Origin: Gemmatimonadota bacterium
Lineage (GTDB): Bacteria > Gemmatimonadota > Gemmatimonadetes > Gemmatimonadales > GWC2-71-9
Assembly: GCA_039591655.1 (NCBI GenBank)
Contig: JBDHDE010000028.1
Span: 1-33,705, forward strand
DNA length: 33,705 bases
Reading direction: 5' to 3'
The translations under genes were made by a program, and so were the position numbers. Shown in pieces: positions 27,843-33,705 of this stretch (positions are counted from its first letter, which is position 1; every line of letters starts with the position of its first letter). The notes below the pieces were generated by a model. The model saw only the letters and a list, made by a program, of their open reading frames with translations. It made no database searches and was not told the DNA's origin.

Positions 27843-28707
27843 GCTCCAGACTTTCCTCGCGACAGCGCGGGAGGCCGTGAACCGCGAGCTAGAGCGGTGG
27901 GGCAGTGTGGTCGAGGGGGAGGTCGGAGGCACGGTCGGGGCGGCCATGGCCTACAGCCTGAGCGCACAGGGCAAGCGCCTGCGGCCCGCGCTGGTGCTGG
28001 CGTCATTCGGCGCGCTGGGCGGCACGGGTGACGCGGTCCAGCTGGCCTCGGCGGTGGAGATCGTGCACACGTACTCCCTGGTGCACGACGACCTCCCGTG
28101 CATGGACGACGACGACTTGCGTCGTGGGCGTCCCACCACCCACCGGCAGTTCGACGTCGCCTCCGCCGCCGAAGCGGGTTACCGTCTCGTGCCGTTGTCG
28201 GCGCGGGTGCTGGCTGCCGGCGCCGCCCGGCTGGGATTGGACGCCGCACGCACCGGCGCGATCGCCGGCGGCCCGGGGATGATCGGCGGTCAGGTGTTGG
28301 ACCTGGAGGCTGAAGGCCGGCGCCTCCCGCTGGAGGAGCTGGTGCGGGTGCACCGCTGGAAGACCGGCGCATTGATCGCCGCCAGCGCCGTCATCGGCGC
28401 CCTCGCTGCGGGGGCGGCTCCCGCCGAGGTCGAGGCCCTCAGGGGCTACGGGCTCGAGCTGGGCCTGGCATTCCAGATCGTGGACGACATTCTCGACGCC
28501 ACGGGCACCTCGCAGGATCTCGGCAAGACCGCCGGGAAGGACGCGGCGCAGGCGAAGGCGACCTTCGTCAGAGTGCTGGGGGTGGAGGAAGCCGAGCGGG
28601 CAGCGGCGCAGCACGTCGAGCGAGCCGTGGATATTCTCGTGGCTCACGAGATAGATTCCATCCTGCTGGAGAGTCTGGCACGCTTCGTGGAGGACCGGCA
28701 GTCGTGA
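27790..28707 (+). CDS. ispA: Polyprenyl diphosphate synthase (IspA-like)
   Basis: GKRLRP, SLVHDDLPCMDDDDLRRG, GGQVLDL, KTG and FQIVDDILD; xseB-ispA-dxs context. Start uncertain (GTG 27790, ATC 27835 or GTG 27877). Confidence 0.9.
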   Translation: MSWRNPTERSEQTTSIAELQTFLATAREAVNRELERWGSVVEGEVGGTVGAAMAYSLSAQGKRLRPALVLASFGALGGTGDAVQLASAVEIVHTYSLVHDDLPCMDDDDLRRGRPTTHRQFDVASAAEAGYRLVPLSARVLAAGAARLGLDAARTGAIAGGPGMIGGQVLDLEAEGRRLPLEELVRVHRWKTGALIAASAVIGALAAGAAPAEVEALRGYGLELGLAFQIVDDILDATGTSQDLGKTAGKDAAQAKATFVRVLGVEEAERAAAQHVERAVDILVAHEIDSILLESLARFVEDRQS

Positions 28708-28836
28708 GGGAGCAGGAAACGGTCGCCCCCGGCTCCAGCGCCGGAGGGGAAAGCGGCAGGGGGCATGCAACATGCAAGGTGAGTCTCAAGGGGAGGGGAG
28801 AGGGTACCGCCCCACAATCATGAAGGTTCAAGGCTG

Positions 28837-30735
28837 ATGGCTTTGCTCGACTCGATTCGGAAACCGGACGACGTCAAGAACCTGTCACAGGAGCAGCTGC
28901 AGGAGCTCGCCGACGAGGTGCGGCAGCGGCTGATCGATGTGGTGTCCCAGACGGGCGGCCACATCGGCGCCGGCCTTGGCGTGGTGGAGCTCACGGTGGC
29001 GCTGGCCTATGCGTTCGAATCCCCACGCGACAAGATCCTGTGGGACGTGGGGCATCAGGGATACCCATGGAAGGTGCTCACCGGCCGCAACGACCGGCTT
29101 CCCACGCTGCGGCAGAGCGGTGGGCTCTCCGGCTTCCTGCGCCGCAACGAGAGCGAGCACGACATCTTCGGCGCCGGACACGCCGGCACCGCGCTGTCCG
29201 CGGCGTACGGCATCGCCACCGCGCGGGACATGCTGGGCGAGGACTACCAAGTGATCGCCGTGGTGGGCGACGGTGCGATGACATGCGGGCTGCCCTACGA
29301 GGCGATGAACAACGCAGGGCACGCAGAGCGTGACTTCATCATGATCCTCAACGACAACGGTATGTCCATCGCGCCGAACGTTGGGGCTATCAGCCGCTAC
29401 CTGGGTGGAGTCATCGCCAGTCCGTTCACCAACCGGATGCGCCAGCACGTGAAGCACATGATCGAGAGGGCCTCGCATCTCGTGGGCGGCAACCGGATGG
29501 TGGAATTCGCCAGAACGGTGGAGGAGAGCATCAAGAACCTGTGGTCGCCCGGGATGCTCTTCGAGGAGCTGGGGTTCCGCTACTTCGGTCCGATCGACGG
29601 CCACAACATCGACGCCCTCCTTCGCACGTTCGACCTGGTGAAGACGCTCGAGGGGCCCCGTGTGATCCACGTGGTCACGGAGAAGGGCAAGGGCTTCCCG
29701 CTCCGGGAGCCGCATCCCGAGAAGTTCCACGCCCGCAACCCGTACGATCCGGCGACCGGAGTGCTGCGACCCAAGGCTTCCGGCCCGCCGGGGTGGACCA
29801 AGGTGTTCGGGACGGGATTGGCCGAGCTCGCGGCCGAGTATCCCAAGCTGGTGGCGATCACCGCCGCCATGCCATCGGGCACCGGTACGGACGTCTTCGA
29901 GAAGAAGTGGCCGGACCGGTTCTTCGACGTGGGGATCGCCGAGGCGCACGCCACGACCTTCGCGGCCGGCCTTGCGACGCAGGGGATCCGACCGGTCGTG
30001 GCGATCTACTCCACGTTCCTGCAGCGGGCCTACGACAGCATCATCCACGACGTCGCGATCCAACGCCTCCCGGTCACGTTCTGCATGGACCGAGCGGGAA
30101 TGGTGGGAGCGGACGGACAGACCCACATGGGGCTGTACGACATCGCCTACATGCTCACGGTACCGAACATGACCGTGACGGCGCCCAGAGACGGCGCCGA
30201 GCTGATCGGCCTGCTGCGCTGTGCCATGGAGCAGGACGGTCCATTCTGTACGCGATACCCGCGGGACAACGCGCCGGCGCCTGCGCCGCCGGCGGCAGAG
30301 GTGGGCACGACTCCCTATGGCACGTGGGAGATGCTGCGCGAGGGGCGCGACTGCGCCATCCTCGCCGTGGGAGTAATGTGCCAGCCGGCCATGGAAGCGG
30401 CCGAACTCCTCGCCGCGGACGGCTTCGACATCACGGTAGTGAACTGCCGGTTCATCAAGCCCCTCGACCACGCCATGCTCGAGAACCTCGTGCGGGAGCA
30501 CCGCCTGCTCATGACGGTCGAGGACGGCACGGAGGTGAACGGGTTCGGAGCGTTCGCGGCCGCGACCTGCGAGCGCATCGACCCCCAGGCGCGGGTCGAG
30601 GTGGTGGGGATCCCGGACCGCACCTACGAGCACGCCCCCCGAGGCGAGCAGCTCGCCTGGGCGGGCCTCACACCGCAGGGCCTGGCCGACCGCGTGCGGG
30701 CCTGGGCGGCCGAGGAGAGCCTGACACCCAGATGA
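28837..30735 (+). CDS. dxs: 1-deoxy-D-xylulose-5-phosphate synthase
   Basis: GGHIG, WDVGHQ, TPP motif GDG...NDN, YFGPIDGH, DVGIAEAH, IYSTFLQRAYD and DRAG. Confidence 0.98.
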   Translation: MALLDSIRKPDDVKNLSQEQLQELADEVRQRLIDVVSQTGGHIGAGLGVVELTVALAYAFESPRDKILWDVGHQGYPWKVLTGRNDRLPTLRQSGGLSGFLRRNESEHDIFGAGHAGTALSAAYGIATARDMLGEDYQVIAVVGDGAMTCGLPYEAMNNAGHAERDFIMILNDNGMSIAPNVGAISRYLGGVIASPFTNRMRQHVKHMIERASHLVGGNRMVEFARTVEESIKNLWSPGMLFEELGFRYFGPIDGHNIDALLRTFDLVKTLEGPRVIHVVTEKGKGFPLREPHPEKFHARNPYDPATGVLRPKASGPPGWTKVFGTGLAELAAEYPKLVAITAAMPSGTGTDVFEKKWPDRFFDVGIAEAHATTFAAGLATQGIRPVVAIYSTFLQRAYDSIIHDVAIQRLPVTFCMDRAGMVGADGQTHMGLYDIAYMLTVPNMTVTAPRDGAELIGLLRCAMEQDGPFCTRYPRDNAPAPAPPAAEVGTTPYGTWEMLREGRDCAILAVGVMCQPAMEAAELLAADGFDITVVNCRFIKPLDHAMLENLVREHRLLMTVEDGTEVNGFGAFAAATCERIDPQARVEVVGIPDRTYEHAPRGEQLAWAGLTPQGLADRVRAWAAEESLTPR

Positions 30736-31616
30736 GAATCGGCGTCGTCGGCAACCCGCGGTACGACGCGCTTCGTGAGCTCATTGCGCGGCTCGCTAGC
30801 CGCGCCGCTGCGGAGCGGATTACCATCTGCTCGGAGCCGGCCCTCCGCGAGCTGTGGCCGTCGCCGTGCGATCCGCTGCAGCACGACCACGACCCTCTCG
30901 ATCTCCTCATCACGTTCGGGGGTGACGGAACACTGTTGCGCGGTGCGCGGCTGTTGGGCCGCCGCGAGGTGCCCATCCTCGGGATCAACCTGGGACGCGT
31001 CGGGTTCCTGACCACTACGACGGCTGAGCACATGGACCAGGCGCTCGATGCCGTGATCGAGAACAGGTACGAAGTGGAGCAGCGGCGCAAGCTGGAGTCC
31101 CGCATCGTGGACGCGGAGGGTGCGAAGCGCGAGGGCGAGCTCGCCGTCAACGACGTGGTGGTGCACAAGGCGCAGGACACGCGCATCATCCGCATCCGCC
31201 TCTTCGTGGACGGCGACGAGGTGGGTCAGTACACCGTTGACGGGATGATCGTCGCCACCCCCGCCGGGTCGACGGCGTACACGCTGAGCGCCGGTGGGCC
31301 GGTGCTCGTGCCCCAGGTGGACGCGATGGTAGTGACCGCGATCTGCCCCCACACACTATCGGTGCGGCCGATCGTCGTGTCGGGCAGCTCTCAGGTCACG
31401 CTGCAGGTGGAGCCGACTCGGGCGAAGGCGGTGCTGGTGTCGTACGACGGGCAGGTGGGCGATTCCCTGGCGCCCAACGACTGCGTGGTGATTCGCGCCT
31501 CGACGACGACCGTGCATTTGATCCGGCTGGGGCGCGAAAGCTTCTTCAGCCGGATGCGGCGCAAGCTACACTGGGGGGACCTGGCCGACCGGGAGCGCCT
31601 CAACCGTGCTGACTGA
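30732..31616 (+). CDS. nadK: NAD(+) kinase
   Basis: GGDGTLL, GINLGRVGFL, ND and ATPAGSTAYTLSAGGP; ATG 30732 in an ATGA overlap; upstream of recN. Confidence 0.96.
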   Translation: MRIGVVGNPRYDALRELIARLASRAAAERITICSEPALRELWPSPCDPLQHDHDPLDLLITFGGDGTLLRGARLLGRREVPILGINLGRVGFLTTTTAEHMDQALDAVIENRYEVEQRRKLESRIVDAEGAKREGELAVNDVVVHKAQDTRIIRIRLFVDGDEVGQYTVDGMIVATPAGSTAYTLSAGGPVLVPQVDAMVVTAICPHTLSVRPIVVSGSSQVTLQVEPTRAKAVLVSYDGQVGDSLAPNDCVVIRASTTTVHLIRLGRESFFSRMRRKLHWGDLADRERLNRAD

Positions 31617-33309
31617 GCTCCGCGTACGCGACCTCGCGGTCATCGCGGACGTCACCCTCCCCCTCACCTCAGGCCTCAACGTGCTCACCGGCGAAACCGG
31701 CGCCGGCAAGTCTATGTTGGTGGACGCCCTGTCCCTGTTGCTTGGGGAGCGGGCCAGCACAGACATAGTGCGGCCGGGCGCACGGCGCGCCGTCGTGGAG
31801 GCGGCGTTCGACGTCGCTGGTAGCGCGGGGATCACAGCAGTCGCTGACGACTTGGGCGTGGACGTCGAGGAGGATCGACTGATCGTCCGCCGCGAGATCA
31901 ACGTCGAGGGCCGCAATCGCGCGTGGGTCAACGGCAGTCCCACGACCGTGGCCGCGCTAGCGACCCTGGGCCGGATGATGGTGGACCTGCACGGCCAGCA
32001 TGAGGCGCAGTCGCTGCTCAGGCCCGCGGCGCAGCGGGACATCTTGGATGCGTTCGGCGAGGCGGGTGACGAGCGAGCGCGAGTGGAAGCGGCGTTTGAC
32101 GCGGCTGCACGGCTTCGTGAGGAGGAGCGCGATCTGGTAGCGCGGCGGGACGACGTTCTGAAGCGGGCCGATTACCTGCGCCACGTGGTGCAGGAGATCG
32201 AGCAAGCCAAGCCTCGCCCCGGCGAGGACGAGGCCCTCTCCGTCGAGGGCAAGCGTCTGGCGAACGTCGAGGAGCTCACCCGGTTGGCGGAGCGCCTCAT
32301 GGAGCTCCTGGAAGGTGCGGAGGAGGGAGCCGCCCTCCAGACGCTGGGTCAGGCGTCCAAGACGCTCATGCAGCTCGAGCGGGTCGACGACAGCGTGGAG
32401 CGGTGGCGCGAGCTGCTGGAGGCCGCGTCCGCCAATCTGGAGGAGCTGGCCCTGGCTCTCAGGGAGTACGCCGCAGATATCGACGTGGATCCCGAGCGAC
32501 TGCAGGAGGTGGAGCGACGCCGGGACCTCCTCTACCGGTTGACCCAGAAGTACGGCTCCACCATCGACGCCGTGTTGGCAACGGGCGACGAAGCGCGCCA
32601 GGAGCTGGACCTACTGGATACGGCCCACCTGGATCTGGATCAGTTGAGCGAGCGGCGGGCCGCGGCGGAGGTTGAGCTGCAAGCGGCGACCGACGCGCTC
32701 ACCGCCAAGCGGAGGAAGGCGGCCGGCAGGCTCGCCAAGGCTGTCGAGGCACTGCTGCCGGGTCTGGGGATGCCCAGCGGGAAGTTCGCAGTGGAGGTGG
32801 GGCCGGCGTCACCCGTCACTGCGGCCGGGGCCGACGCGGTGACCTTCATGGTGCAGCTCAACCCCGGTCTGGACGCCCGCCCCATTGCTCAGGTGGCCAG
32901 CGGCGGCGAGCTCTCACGCCTGATGCTAGCGCTCAAGGTGGTGCTCGCCGCCCACGACGCCGTACCCAGCCTGGTGTTCGATGAGGTGGACCAGGGCATC
33001 GGGGGCGAGGTTGCCCTTCAGGTCGGCGAGGCCCTTGCCAGGGTGGCCGGCTCGCGGCAGGTGCTCGTAATCACCCACCTTCCGCAGATCGCCGCCCGGG
33101 CGACGCACCACGTTTCGGTGGCCAAGCGTCCCAAGAAGGGCATCGCTACGGCGGACGTTACGGTGCAGCTGGGCGACGACCGCGTGCAGGAGATCGCCCG
33201 CATGCTGGGAGACGCCGGCGCCCGCATGCTGGGAGACGCCGGCGACCGGGTGGTGGTACAGCACGCACAGGAGCTGCTCAGAAAGACTCGGGTGGCGGCA
33301 GCGCGCTAA
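31606..33309 (+). CDS. recN: DNA repair protein RecN
   Basis: LTGETGAGKS, HGQH, coiled coil, ASGGELSRLMLALK, FDEVDQG, ITHLPQIA and EIARML. Confidence 0.97.
   Translation: MLTELRVRDLAVIADVTLPLTSGLNVLTGETGAGKSMLVDALSLLLGERASTDIVRPGARRAVVEAAFDVAGSAGITAVADDLGVDVEEDRLIVRREINVEGRNRAWVNGSPTTVAALATLGRMMVDLHGQHEAQSLLRPAAQRDILDAFGEAGDERARVEAAFDAAARLREEERDLVARRDDVLKRADYLRHVVQEIEQAKPRPGEDEALSVEGKRLANVEELTRLAERLMELLEGAEEGAALQTLGQASKTLMQLERVDDSVERWRELLEAASANLEELALALREYAADIDVDPERLQEVERRRDLLYRLTQKYGSTIDAVLATGDEARQELDLLDTAHLDLDQLSERRAAAEVELQAATDALTAKRRKAAGRLAKAVEALLPGLGMPSGKFAVEVGPASPVTAAGADAVTFMVQLNPGLDARPIAQVASGGELSRLMLALKVVLAAHDAVPSLVFDEVDQGIGGEVALQVGEALARVAGSRQVLVITHLPQIAARATHHVSVAKRPKKGIATADVTVQLGDDRVQEIARMLGDAGARMLGDAGDRVVVQHAQELLRKTRVAAAR
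33195..33244 (+). repeat. Perfect 24-nt tandem duplication inside recN
   Basis: GCCCGCATGCTGGGAGACGCCGGC at 33196-33219 and 33220-33243 (ARMLGDAG twice). Confidence 0.95.
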
Positions 33310-33567
33310 GCGGCGCGAGCGGGCGGGCACTCCTGCGAACTGCTTTAGGCTCAGTAGCTCGTGGCAGGGCCCTACCTCCGCGAACTGCAGTTGGCTCGCT
33401 TTCCCGGGATTCCCAGCCTCCCTCGCGAACGGTCTCCCGCCATGTGCGTCGCATACTCCCTGGTGCGCTGCACTGACGTTCGCTCCGGCAGGGCCCTGCC
33501 ACTTGCTCAGTCCCTTCGCGACGTCGCTTCAGTGGGCCCCCCGCCCGCCCGCTCCGTCTCGCGCTGC
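33310..33567. repeat. Nested inverted-repeat element filling a convergent intergenic region
   Basis: Arms 33310-33319/33558-33567, 33317-33328/33543-33554 (12 bp perfect) and 33361-33376/33487-33502 (15/16). Confidence 0.75.
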
Positions 33568-33573
33568 CTGGAG

Positions 33574-33705
33574 CTATTGCTGATCCGGCGTGGCGGGTTG
33601 CTCTGGCTCGGGACGCTCCCTTTCCCCGAACAGCCGCCAGTACAGCCGCAGATAGAAGGTGAGCCGCGTGGCCTTCGGCGTGAGGCCGCCGGAGCCCTGG
33701 AAGGC
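33574..33705 (-). CDS. 3' end of a convergent gene of unknown function (partial)
   Basis: Open minus-strand frame from the window edge, AFQGSGGLTPKATRLTFYLRLYWRLFGERERPEPEQPATPDQQ*, with mostly G/C third positions and TAG at 33574-33576. Confidence 0.6.
   Translation of the reverse strand, partial: AFQGSGGLTPKATRLTFYLRLYWRLFGERERPEPEQPATPDQQ

Noticed and set aside
33329..33430. Mini CRISPR array
   Set aside because: Only 2-3 degenerate units with about 21 nt between them, and no cas genes or AT-rich leader.

Overview
High-GC (about 70% by eye) bacterial chromosome segment made almost entirely of housekeeping genes. It has 33 tightly packed, often overlapping CDSs, all on the + strand: dprA, hemW, hrcA, dnaJ, HIT, mutS2, dnaG, a C4 zinc-ribbon protein, recJ, rsmD, coaD, pta, an RsbV/RsbW/PP2C partner-switching trio, rsmA, a DEDDh exonuclease, an MBL hydrolase, infC-rpmI-rplT, pheST, a coiled-coil protein, zapA, rny, folD, xseAB, ispA, dxs, nadK and recN. 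The 3' end of a convergent gene lies at the right edge. The gene order resembles what I recall for Gemmatimonadota (inference, not searched). I see no transposase, integrase, phage, CRISPR-Cas, tRNA or rRNA, and I cannot support a new multi-gene system. The best signals are non-coding or fine-scale: an L20-leader-like terminator/antiterminator switch ahead of an infC that probably starts at CTG; a roughly 260-nt nested inverted-repeat element with 45-nt periodicity after recN; a structured segment between HIT and mutS2 following a dead lipoprotein-like signal peptide; and a non-CIRCE palindrome in the hrcA promoter.
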